The translations under genes were made by a program, and so were the position numbers. Of a stretch of DNA of 64,000 bases, positions 37,201 to 48,408 are shown in pieces (position 1 is the first letter of the stretch; the number at the start of each line of letters is the position of its first letter). The notes under the pieces are model-generated. The model was not told the origin of the DNA, did not search any database, and saw only the letters and a program-made list of their open reading frames with translations. The DNA lies in assembly GCA_004431415.1 (NCBI GenBank), contig QPMI01000056.1:62001-126000 (forward strand). Reading direction: 5' to 3'. Origin of the DNA: Cyanophora paradoxa CCMP329 (taxonomy: Eukaryota > Plantae > Glaucophyta).

Positions 37201-40200
37201 GAAGGAGCAGCAATGCACCAAGAATTATTCCGGAGGCGCCCACGCTAGCGGTGATGGATCCTGTCGCCCCACTGCCGTATCCCGCTGGCTGCGAGTAAAT
37301 CTTGTTCAAGGTATCTAAGAGCGCGCGGTTAGTAAAATTTGTACTAGTTTACATGTATACAACTACTTGTACGGCTACATAGGGAAAATTCTTATACCAA
37401 AGAAATCTGCAGTGTTGCCTTGATCGTATTCTTTATCGTGTTCTTGACGTGATGGGCCCTACAGAGGATCTTACTCATCGTGTCGTAATGCATGAACGTA
37501 CGTGAAAATGTATACCCAGTAATCCGCATTGATATTTCCGGCCTGAATCGCGCGTTGCTGGTCGTTATCTGCACAAATCAAAGCTCAGCGAAGCACACGC
37601 AGCACGCATATATAGGACGGGTGCGACGCGCCAGGGTCGATCTCCCTGTTTTGAGAAAGCGTATGTTAGTAATTTATATGTATACGTACGCGAATGCATA
37701 TATCGTGAAGAAATCCATGCCTTACCTGATATAGTACGGGACGTCCGCGTTGGCCGGCCCGTTGTTCACAATCGTGACATCCATGTAGAGCTGCAACTTG
37801 TTCAAGTCCTCCTTGATCCAGTACGTATGGGTGACCGTCACGTTCAAGTTTGTCGTGTCCGTCGCGCGGTGCACTGCGCGCCACAGATTATCGCACGGAA
37901 TTAATTTGCAGCTTTTGCGATCGTGATCATGGTGGAATCGTCTCAAGCTCAGAGGTACTACGGTACCCGACACACCAATGAAAACGCCATCAGTGTCGAC
38001 AGCCTTGCTCAGAATGCTGCCCTTCATGTGCGTGGGCACGAACTGATTGGGGTCCTGCGGAAGGCATTATAATTACAGCTAATCGCGAACTAGGAGTAAC
38101 CTCAGATATATATATGTGGCTTACCAGCTCGCGAGATGCGCCAGCGTTCTCGTACACGACGCCGTTGATCATCGTACCCTGTTCATACATGTAAGTTGAA
38201 TGCGGCGCCGCTGACAAGCGAAACAAGAAGTCTCTAGAATACGAATTCCGGGCAACTGCACACCCAGCCTTCGAAGGGCGCGCCTGTGAGGCGATGTATG
38301 GATCAGCACTCGAATAATTTGCAAAGAGCACGTCGAATTGTAAAATTGATGACGCATGCGCACCCGGAACAAAGAAGTCCTACACGCCAGAAGTGGCCAT
38401 GGATTGAACGCGCATATGAAAGTCAGTTACGGGTACGCATTCAGAGAGATAACTTGACGTACGCCGCAGTACGCGAGTTGCCTGCGGACGCATCGCGATC
38501 GGATATTAAAGAATATCCACATGCGTGGCCAGCGGATCGGATTAATATTACGCGGGCCCGTACGCACTTCCCCTGGCGCCATCCGGTCGGGCTCGGGGCC
38601 TCTTGGTTTTGGACGTAGTCATCCGAGGCTGGCCATTCGTTCCAGCCGCTGCAAAATTTCATCCGCATCAGTTGGTGCATCGTTAAACGAAGATTTAGAA
38701 GGTGCGCACTCGCAGTCCACATCGACGAAGAGACCGAGGGCGACGCGCCGGTTCCTCTCATAAGCCAGTGGCCCTAAAACAAATGTCTCATGAGACGATT
38801 TCGTTTCTGCCGATGCTCGAATTTTAATAAGTTAAACAGATATGTTTCACATGATGGGGGAGGTGTGTTGAAAGTCCCGAGTGTGCCTTCGACGCCGTGA
38901 ATGGCTGTAAGCAGGCACTTTCCTGAAATGCAGAGTATCAAAGAAGGTCCTTTCCGAACTGCTAATTATATAAAAGAGACGCGCCTACGACGAAGTGGTC
39001 TCCAGTGCCAGGGTCAGCGAGGTAGGCCCCCTTTTCGGGCAGCGAGACGGCTGCACGCGCGGTAGCCAATCAGCGACAAATGGGTTTCGCAGATAATTGT
39101 ATAATATTAGGACTGATAGACGCACCCAAATGACCGCGAATCTCAAAGATCTAGCAGAATGTCCAAGAGGAACAGGAGTAAGTGAAAATGAAACCAAGCA
39201 ATCAATCGGAGATGAATTCGAAATGCAACCCTCTCACCGGCCAGTAGTCTGCATAATCGAGAGAAGGGGCGTGATCATTGAGGTAGAGTTGATTCAGCTC
39301 GTCGATGAAAGACGCACCAATGAGCGTCTGGTGGATTACCTCCGTTGGATAATCTTGCCACTGCCCCTCGGTTCCGCAGTACTTGTAGCTCGTAAAGATT
39401 TCACCAATGTGCCTGGCAACCGTGGCATATGCGCAAGTCGGCATCTTCGAACGAACTATATTTATATTTTGCTTTGAAATAGGACTCACCTGCCCAGCCA
39501 GCGAGGGAACGTTCCACCTTCAGTGCAGTAATTAGATATTGAGCGCTGAATCGCTCAAAACCGCGGATAAAGCTCTAGGGCGCATTTACTCGTTTTCGCA
39601 CCGTTTGCAAGTGCGTCTGGAGTCCCCTGGAGCCTCTTGCGCAGTCTAATTATATAAGGCCGTGCAAAGCTCAAGGTCCGCAAAAGAGGACTCATCACAA
39701 AAAACTATTTCGGACCCGAGCCAACCAGCCTCTCTCACAAAGGTGCCGTAGTCAGGATCGGTGTTCACAGCCCTGCGGAAGTTGGCTGATGTATGCATAG
39801 CCATGCTCCATCTCCCACCAACTTCGTCCGTCCTGTGAGCTATTTTAGAACATCCAAAACGATCGAATAACGCCCGAGGCGCGAATTCGATGATCGTGCG
39901 CGCACCGGTGGATTTCGAGACAATACTGTGCACCCTCTAGTCTGTTAGCAAAAAGCGACAAAAATTGCAATGCGTTAGACGTACGCACCGCGTCGGAAAG
40001 GAGGACGGGGCTCTGTATCAATTTACGCAAAAAGTTCTAATGTCAGCGAAACATCGGATGATAGCAAGTGCGAAGAGAGAAAGGCAAATTAAAGTGAGAT
40101 TGCGTTTGACGCGCCTTGCAAGGAATGTGCACGTCAATCTACAACGCACACATGCGCACAAAAATGTCAGTAAAACAACATGAGGAACCTGCAATTCATG

Positions 40201-43200
40201 CTAAAAAAGCACAGCGACTGACCGTCTTCGAAATCGGATCCCGCATCCGGGTATCTATGGTCACGCTTCCACACTCGCCAAGCACCTGAGAGTCCGCCAT
40301 CTTTTTCGTCAACGGCTGCCATGTATCAGATGGCCCCGCTCGCTCAAACTTGACGAATGACGCCTACATTGGAGCACGCAACAGGTCAAGCTCGATACAG
40401 AAAGGATTAGATTGTGTACTCACCATGAACGTCATATTGCTTTCGCCAGTAAATCCGGGCGCGGTAACCGTTGTGCCAAGAGGGTTCGTCGTTTTCGGGT
40501 AGCTCTCTTTGCCCGCTTCGTGGTAAGTTCTGCAATGTGCAGGATCCGGAGGAAATTAAATCCAAGGTCAGCAGTCAAAATCACATTTGTTGTTTGGAAT
40601 TGAATTTGCGGTTGACACTAGTACTCAAGTGTGTAATCGCAATATATATAGTTCTGACACACGCACGTGAAATAAACGCTCGTTGCGTTCACTGGGGTGT
40701 TTCTGCATGCGCAGGTTTGCGTCCGACGGTCATACAAAAAGCGGCAGACGCTGTGTTCCAAGAGGGGAAGAGCGCACGAGAACTTCATGCACCAGTACCA
40801 CGAATCTGCCGTTCGGTATTTCATTTGTTGTAAGACCTTCACAAATCAACTCTGAGCGGAGAAGAGAAACACTGAACGCACCATAGGGTCCACGCCTGCA
40901 GGTGTCAGCGGTTTGCTTGATCGTCCGCGCGGAATCGATGTACTGCACACCACCAAAGTTCGTCGTCCCGTACATATGGGAATCTGGATTGAGAGACGCA
41001 GGCGTTTGCGTCCGCATTGAGAGAAGCAAGCGTTTGCGTTCTCATGTCAAGACCTAGGGGCCGGATACAGCTGGCGCATTTGCGTGTATAATTATATATG
41101 GAACACGGCGCATGCTAGCTATAGCAGGTAGATGGGCAGGCATATATATGCATATGCATATTGAACGGTGCTTACACGTGTATCCACCGCCTTGCTGCGG
41201 GGATGTCGTTCCGTTCGTTCTGTGAACGTCAAACATCGTTACGGCTGCAAAGCCGTCTAGATCTGCTTTTTGGGAGGAAAAGATCTAGATGTACCCTGTC
41301 GGCTTAATGTATGTTGTCCAACTGCGCGCGTTTTATCAGATAGTTTTCAGTGGGGTCCCTTCGAGGCCCCTCAGCGCACATTGCCTTGTCGCCGGACACT
41401 CCGTCCACAAAACGTCGCCTCGGGCGCCCTTGAACGCCGTTCAGGCCTGCGGCCGTTTAAATTGAGATCTAGAAAATAGGTAATTATTTCTGTCAACCAA
41501 TGAGACGCACCCAGGTCACCGGCGTCGAGCTCGGGCCGAGGCCAAGGCCACTTAAGAGCAACGGGAGGCTCGGGCAGCGGTGCCGCTGGCGGTGCAGCAT
41601 AGCACGGGGGGGTGCCACAGACGAGCCATTCCTGCTCAGTGGCGCCTGCTCTCCGTAGTCAATATCGATATCGAAATCGACGACGCGCATACGCATACGT
41701 ATTATTTTTATACACCGGCACCGGATGTAAATTAAAGGGACGGTACTCACTTTGGTTGTCCGCCTGAAACCACACCCGAAAAATTCCAGACGTCCGCGAA
41801 CGAAGTTTAGAGTATGCACCCAGAGGGGCCGTTAGCGCAGTTGCCGGGTCCGATCTCGGGTACAATCTCAACGTTCCCTGCACGAAAACGCATGTGCGCA
41901 TGTTACATATACATTGAAACCAGAAGAAAGACCTGTGAACCCCGGACGCACACGAGTTTCATTAAACACAAACCGAATAAGCTGGTCCCAGCCGTTGTCG
42001 AAATACCAGCTGTTCACCTAAAGCGCGAGTTATTGAAAAATAAGCTGCCGACTGCTGCATGACCATGAACTGCAAGCTGCAATTTGCACTCACGAGATTG
42101 TCGCGGGCGTTTTCCAACCCCATCGGTTGAGTGGCTCTGTATACGCACAAATCAACTCAGCCGCGGATTTGAAATTCGAGGTACTTTAATCGCAATTGCG
42201 ATCGGATTCAGAGTTGGGAGCTGAAGCATTTGTGCTATTTCACTATTTAACGCCGGCGCCCACGCACGCAATGTCGAGCACATAGCCTGCCCCGATATCG
42301 ATGTCCACAATTAGAGTTGCGCATGCAAACAAGCTCCAATCACGTGTATGTTCGGGCACCGTAGTTGGTGTAAAATATTGAGTAGGTGCCGTTCCTAAAC
42401 TCAGCTGGCATGTTGTCCCATCGATCACACACGCAATAATCGCGAATGCTGCAAAAACGATGTTACGCTGACCGCGGCATTTTGACTTCCAGCTGCAGAT
42501 GACAAAAACAGAATCAAACCTGGAACCACCAGAGCATCCGCCCTGGTTACCGCAATTTTGGAGCTGGTAACCATCAACGCATTGGCCCCTGTTGATGTTC
42601 GCGCCACCTGACGTCTTGTTGTGGGGGCACTTTCTCGAGAACAGCTGTTCCACATTCGCTGGGACGCCAACCGCTGCGCGCGCGAGGACAAGGTCAATTC
42701 GCAAGTCCATTTGAGCCATATATATACCAACATTGATACTAGTTGAGTGCTTTAAGGAATATTAATCACTCACTGTCGTTGCATTTCCTGACATACCTGC
42801 GAGCCGATATCGATAAGCAGTGAGTATTGCGGTTGTTTACACGCTGCATATCCAACAAGCTTAAGTTGAAGTGTCAAATGAACTTGGCGGACCATTTCTC
42901 GTCGTCCCCAAACGGGGCTGCCAAACAATACGTGGGGTCATACACGTTGACAAGCTTGAACTGGACGCCTTCCGGAGGGAGGACATTCGTCAGGTTGACG
43001 ACATTATCCTGCAGCAGGTGGCGCTGCGCATGCGCGACTCCTGCGACAAATCCCGATCTCACGTTAGCAGGATTAAGAAAGCCTCGCCGCCGAGCTCCGA
43101 GCTCGAGGCCACACGCGCGCAGGTGGCATGAACCGCCCGACGCACCGGACTCGACTGCAGCTGCTGATGCGGGGACAGCGCTGGAAAGGAGGGAGCATGC

Positions 43201-43293
43201 AACTAGCAAGGCTGCCGCTACGAACAGCGACGTTGGAGCTGCTTTTGCAGCTGTTGTGCGGACGCGCGACCGCGCGCCCCTTGGCCCGGTCAT
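28215..43293 (-). CDS. Giant single-pass polycystin-1-like receptor: signal peptide, ricin-B-like lectin, bacterial-adhesin-like domain, REJ, GAIN/GPS, TM, 8 FN3 repeats
   Basis: SP: ..SLFVAAALLVACSLLSSAVPASA. Lectin-like: FKLVNVYDPTYCLAAP..KWYVRKCND..EQLF. REJ: ALISGGDRTVG...PPEGGKCVITPPEGWLLEDTFTVTCSDW..PLTYS. GPS: LLFWNITSESWEACG...GRCTHLTTF (31851-31871). TM: LAFILPIAFGIGGVALLIGGLVLS-KLK. FN3: APSNLQLSSIS..VLSWNRP..SYVVMKDGELLGTT..QFEVSGL. Not every intron in 32-43 kb was phased. Confidence 0.72.
28770..29865 (-). repeat. Recent internal duplication of an FN3 pair including its intron
   Basis: ~28770-29140 is nearly identical to ~29500-29865 (QFEVSGLPRDRA..GPPSYPLVAGSAGSDSGITLTVAPAAADGSAAQLAWTAP + intron + YVVMLNGQQIATVPATGAG). 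Confidence 0.93.
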
Positions 43294-43411
43294 TGCGTCT
43301 CAGACTGCTTGATCTCCCTTAGGGAGAACTGAAGCTGGAGTTCGAAGAAACCTACGGCTAGCTACTTTAGTATAGCCTAAGGATGTCGGACTCTGCTAAT
43401 TTAAGTGAGTT

Positions 43412-43434
43412 CAGTATTCAAGTGTTACACGGTA
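43412..43434. mobile_element. Solo right-hand terminus of the CCGTGTAA MITE family
   Basis: cagtattcaagtgttacacgg|TA matches the MITE end at 56298-56320 (cagtaaataagtgttacacgg|TA); no partner end was found. Confidence 0.5.
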
Positions 43435-44293
43435 CAGTAAACTGCTCTGATCACGAGGCTCACGGCGCGCACGCCGCCTGCGGCGCTGCCTCACAGCTCT
43501 GGACTCCGGGACTCGACCTACCATAGTACCCTTTTTTGTTATGAATTTCGACCTGCGATCGCGAGTGGCCCACTGGCCCGGCCCCAGAATCTCAGAGTCT
43601 CAGCCGGCGCCTCCGGCCGCGGGCACGGGAGATTTGACACTGTCACAGACCGTCGGACTCAAAGTGTGACAGTCGGAGTCCCATCATGGCATTAATATTG
43701 TCCAACGACTCCCAATTGCAAGCTTAAGATATCGATCATGATCATCATATGCATGGCATCGGATTTCGCTCGCGATCGGAGCTCGAGCTTCGAGATCCAA
43801 ATGTCAGTGCACTGCGGAAAGCCCGAGTCGGTATGGTATATACAATGATAGTATAGCAAAAAAAGCAGTCTTACTGACCGACCGCAACTCCCATTGGTGG
43901 ATTTTGGTCAATGCAGCAAGGGAGCGCAAGGGCCGCCGCGGCGCAACTCCCGAGTCCGCCGCGCAAGGCAAAAACTTTAGAGATTGCTCTGTGCACATGA
44001 GTCTGTGAGTTCGCCGTCGTTTGAAAAGTTTGGCGTACTGCGAGTCTGCGACTCACAGTGAGTTTAAAATCTATAGCTAGATCTAGATCTGTTATGCTGC
44101 ACATGCATGCTGTGACAGTACTAGTAATAGTCTAGTATATTCCATGAATTTCGATAGATCATGCCCTACCTTAGCCTAGTAGCTATCCCTGCACATGCCC
44201 CCACAATGCTGGAGTAGACTAGAGGCTGTGGCCGACAATTCAGCAAAACAAATAGTACATTCCATGATTAATATTTAGACTCGGATTTTAGGT

Positions 44294-45297
44294 TGTATAT
44301 ATATCGTAAGAAGTGGGCCAACACTGGCCCAAGAGCGGCAAGCTCGAGACTGGGATTGGGGCTCGAAACCGCTTTACACGATTGGACCGGCAGTTCTTTT
44401 TCCGATCCGAAGTTCGGTTTTTTTTCGGTCTACCCGACAGAGCCCGTCAATTGGGGCTTTACACGATTGGACAGGCAGTTTTCTGGTTTTTTTCTGATGC
44501 ATATGGCAAAAAAGCTTAGTGAGCGGCTTATCGTCAGTAATAATTATTCGTCACAGGCTCCGCGGCTCATCATTATCATGACAGGGATGTGTGGGTACGG
44601 ACCCGTACGGTGCGCTTCATGATCATTCACAACATGAGGTGCGAACGCAGGCTTGGGTACGCTAGGCGATCTTAAACAACCAATGACCCAAGCTCGGCTA
44701 GTTGAGCGCCGACGAGTTAGGGGGGGTGGGGATAAGCCCGAAGCTTGCTAGTCGGCTAGTCATAGTTATCGGCTAGTCATAAATTGTCATAATCAGGCGC
44801 CAAAGGCGCCTCCGCCAGCAGCTGCGGCGTTCCAAATTAGCCTAGGCCCTAGGCCTTCCGAATCATGGGAATCAAAACCGGCGTTCGGCGTAACGACGGC
44901 GTGACGTCGGCGCTCCGAATTTGTTTTTTTGAAGTTCGGCGTTCCGAATCAAAACCAGGACGAAAGTGATTGGCAGATGAATTGCGAATTTGCAATTGGT
45001 GGATCAAATTGCAGCTTGGTAATTGCTGGCAATGTGCTGCTAGTCCGGAATTCGCAGAAATTCGGAAATTCGGAATTGGGGGCGCAGAATTCGGATTTCG
45101 CGCCGCCGAAATTCGCGAATTTCGAAATTGACGGGCGCCAGCACTGGCCCAGCAGACGGAAAAAAAACCGAACTTCGGATCGGAAAAAGAACTGCCGGTC
45201 CAATCGTGTAAAGCGGTTTCGAGCCCCAATCCCAGTCTCAAGCTTGCCGCTGTTGGGCCAGTGTTGGCCCACTTCTTAAGTATACGATATATATACA
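44294..45297. mobile_element. Non-autonomous DNA transposon (~1 kb) with long (~130-160 bp) terminal inverted repeats
   Basis: tgtatatatatcgta..agaagtgggccaacactggccc...ccgatccgaagttcggttttttt (44294-44425) is the reverse complement of ~45160-45297. An inner IR pair gcccgtcaatt/aattgacgggc lies at ~44442/~45127. No ORF and no clear TSD. Confidence 0.85.
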
Positions 45298-45567
45298 GGC
45301 CAGGTGGGGGCCGTGGGGCCCCGATCGGGGTCCACCTACCGGCGATCAGCCTCAGGATCAGGGCGGATTCAGGCCCATTTCAAGGGGTACTACGGTAGGG
45401 CTCAGCCGCTTAGGCCCCGGGTGCGGGCACTGCGGGCCGGTGCCTATAGCTAGGCGGCGCGGCGCGCGGCGGCCGCCCCTGGCGGTAGCCCACCGCCGAG
45501 AGGTGCGCTACATGTACAGCCTACAGGGCGCGGCGCATGCCTCCTGCGCGCAGCCGGCGCCCTGCGC

Positions 45568-46312
45568 GCCGCGCCGCCGCCCGCCGCGCCTCGAGCTCCG
45601 CCCGCCCGATCGCGACGAGCCGCGCCGCCGCCCGCCGCGCCTCGAGCTCCGCCCGCCCGATCGCGACGAGCCGCGCCGCCGCCCGCCGCGCTTCGAGCTC
45701 CGCCCGCCCGATCGCGACGAGCCGCGCCGCCGCCCGCCGCGCTTCGAGCTCCGCCCGCCCGATCGCGACGAGCCGCGCCGCCGCCCGCCGCGCTTCGAGC
45801 TCCGCCCGCCCGATCGCGACGAGCCGCGCCGCCGCCCGCCGCGCTTCGAGCTCCGCCCGCCCGATCGCGACGAGCCGCGCCGCCGCCCGCCGCGCTTCGA
45901 GCTCCGCCCGCCCGATCGCGACGAGCCGCGCCGCCGCCCGCCGCGCTTCGAGCTCCGCCCGCCCGATCGCGACGAGCCGCGCCGCCGCCCGCCGCGCTTC
46001 GAGCTCCGCCCGCCCGATCGCGACGAGCCGCGCCGTCGCCCGCCGCGCCTCTGCCCCGCCCGTCGAGGCGCGCCGCCGCCCGCCGCGCCTCCACCCGCCC
46101 GACAAGCCGCACGCGCCGCCGCCCGCCGCGCCTCGAGCTCCACCCGCCCGATCGCGACGAGCCGCGCCGCCGCCCGCCGCGCCTCTGCCCCGCCCGTCGA
46201 GGCGCGCCGCCGCCCGCCGCGCCTCCACCCGCCCGACAAGCCGCACGCGCCGCCGCCCGCCGCGCCTCTGCCCCGCCCGTCGAGCCGCGCCGCCGCCCGC
46301 CGCGCCTCTGCC
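45568..46312. repeat. 51-bp GC-rich minisatellite (~9 near-perfect units, then variant units)
   Basis: gccgcgccgccgcccgccgcgcttcgagctccgcccgcccgatcgcgacga repeated head-to-tail. Confidence 0.97.
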
Positions 46313-47047
46313 CTCAGGCCTAGCCTAGTAGGCCTGTCTGTCTGCAGCTGTCGGCGGCGGCGGCGGCCGGGCGGCCGCGGCGATCGGGGGCCCGGCGGCC
46401 CCTTCCAGGCGGCCGGGCCTAGGCTGTATGGCGTGCGCGGGCCGCCCCAAGGCGTAAAGCGGGTCAAGCGCAGCCCCCCGGCCCCGGCCCCCGGGCGGCA
46501 GGGAAGGGGGCGCAGCTCAAACCCTCTGCGCGCAGCCGGCGGCCGCGGCCGGCGGCGACTCGGTGATCGGGTCGCCCCCTGCAGGTGCGCTGCTGGCCCA
46601 GCTGCCGCAATGCAGGCCGCCGGGCGGCCGCGCGCGGGGCCCGGGGGCGGGCCAAGGCGGTGCGGCGTTGCAACCCCCCTGGGCGGGGGGCAGCCTCAGA
46701 GCACATGGCGTTGCAGCGCAGCTCATGATCATGATCACGATTCCGGTTTATGTAGTCGGGCCAAGCTTTAGTTTGAGCCCCGGGAGTCAGTGAGCGATCA
46801 CTCGGTCGTGATCATGATCAGCAGCGCCTCTGAGCGTCCGACGGTCATGTCATCACCTGCAATTGCAATTGTCCGATTTTGCAGCTACAGCTGCGGCTGC
46901 GGCATCCTTTTCACGGGAACTTTTTGGAAGTGTAACCCCAACTCCGAGGCTCCCCTTTATATCCCAAAAAGCCCTTTATTTCAGCGTTGTAAAACCGCGC
47001 TAAGAACGTGAGCCAGATATCGATGCATGCGCATATGTTAAGCCTCG

Positions 47048-47600
47048 TCCTAGTATAGGCGCTCTTGGGCCCGCGCCCGCTTTTGTCGTCTCCGGTCTAG
47101 AGGCCTTTCACGTGCACTGAGTCATCTACAAACCGCCGGCGCCGGCGCCTGCCCATCCAAACATACACCTAACCGGATCCCTCTCTCATTCCGGAAACAA
47201 GAAAGCCCCCTCTCGATCTGGGAATTGGCTAGCGCTCGGGCTCCGGGTCCTAGCGATGCGACCGTCGGACCCGACCCTTATATTTTTGCCACTGGGCCAG
47301 CCGCCCGCTCTCGGCCCTTGGTCCCCGGTCTGGAGACCTTTCGTCTGCATGCGCAAATCAAACCGCCAGACTCTGAGAGCACCCCGCCCGCCCCCTATCA
47401 GAAAGAATAATTAACTAGCTATCGGCGTCCCTCTGCGCGAGCTTCAGGGGGAGCCAGGTCTAGAGACCTTTCATCTACAACCCGCGATGGCCTCCGCCCC
47501 CATCGGTTCGCGAACTCCCGCAGATCCCGATGCAGGCGCTGGTCGACACGGCGGAGACGGACCTCATGGAGATGCTCGGCCACCACTGCCGGCTCCGACG
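47048..47600 (+). pseudogene. Decayed duplicate of the bestrophin penultimate intron/exon
   Basis: gatcccgatgcaggcgctggtcgacacggcggagacggacctcatggagatgctcggccaccac matches 26991-27055; intron match cctagta..gcgctcttgggcc...ccggtctaga..atctaca..ccgccggcgcctgcccatcc (26811-26912). Confidence 0.88.
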
Positions 47601-47754
47601 GGGGGGGGGGGGGGGGGGGAGGGGGGGTGGGGCTGGGGGGTGGGGGTGGGGGGGGGGGAGGGTTAGGGAAGGAGAAAATTTTAAAGCTAATTAAGGAGGC
47701 CTCGCGCCTGCTTAAAGCCCACGGTGCCGCAGTGCCACGGTGAGGCGTTGCGGG

Positions 47755-48408
47755 ACGGGGCGCGCAGCGACGGACGGCGGCGGACGGCGGCGAGTGGGGC
47801 GAGAGGGGCGCGGCGCAGCGGGGTGGGAGCCCGCGGCAGCGGACGGCGGCGAGAGGGGCGAGAGGGGCGCGGCGCGGCGGGGCGAGAGCCCGCGGCGGCG
47901 GACGGCGGCGAGAGGGGCGCGGCGCGGCGGGATGGGGCCCCTCTGCAGCGGACGGCGGCGAGAGGGGCGGGGCGCGGCGGGGCGAGAGCCCGCGGTGGCG
48001 GACGGCGGCGAGAGGGGAGAGAGGGGCGGGGCGCGGCGGGAAGGGAGCCTGTGGCGGCAGACAGTGGCGAGAGGGGCGAGGCGCGGCGGGAAGGGAGCCT
48101 GTGGTGGCGGACGGCGGCGAGAGGGGAGAGAGGGGCGGGGCGCGGCGGGATGGGGCCCCTCTGAAGCGGACGGCGGCGAGAGGGGTAGGAGGGGCGGGGC
48201 GCGGCGGGATGGGGGCCCGCGGCAGCGGACGGCGGCGAGAGGGGAAGGAGGGGCGGGGCGCGGCGGGATGGGGCCCCTCTGCAGCGGACGGCGGCGAGAG
48301 GGGTAGGAGGGGCGGGGCGCGGCGGGACGGGGGCCCGCTGCGGCAGACGGCGTCGAGAGGGGAAGGAGGGGCGGGGCGCGGCGGGATGGGGCCCGCGGCA
48401 GCGGACGG
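47755..48408. repeat. ~60-bp GC/purine-rich minisatellite within a ~1.6-kb insertion that splits the bestrophin pseudo-copy
   Basis: gcggacggcggcgagagggg(n)aggggcggggcgcggcggga...ccc repeated about 11 times. Confidence 0.9.

Noticed and set aside
31650-43300. Endogenous virus, Polinton or bacterial contaminant explaining the low-GC island
   Set aside because: The block is one spliceosomal-intron-rich eukaryotic receptor gene; no capsid, polB, integrase or operon-like ORFs were seen
45568-46312. CRISPR array or RRRPPRFELRPPDRDEP repeat protein
   Set aside because: Units are head-to-tail with no unique spacers, there are no cas genes, and the context is eukaryotic. The ORFs arise because the 51-bp GC-rich unit lacks stops in most frames.
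47600-47670. Telomeric repeat (gggttaggg)
   Set aside because: It is a single unit inside a G-rich tract that corresponds to the poly-G intron of the duplicated bestrophin segment
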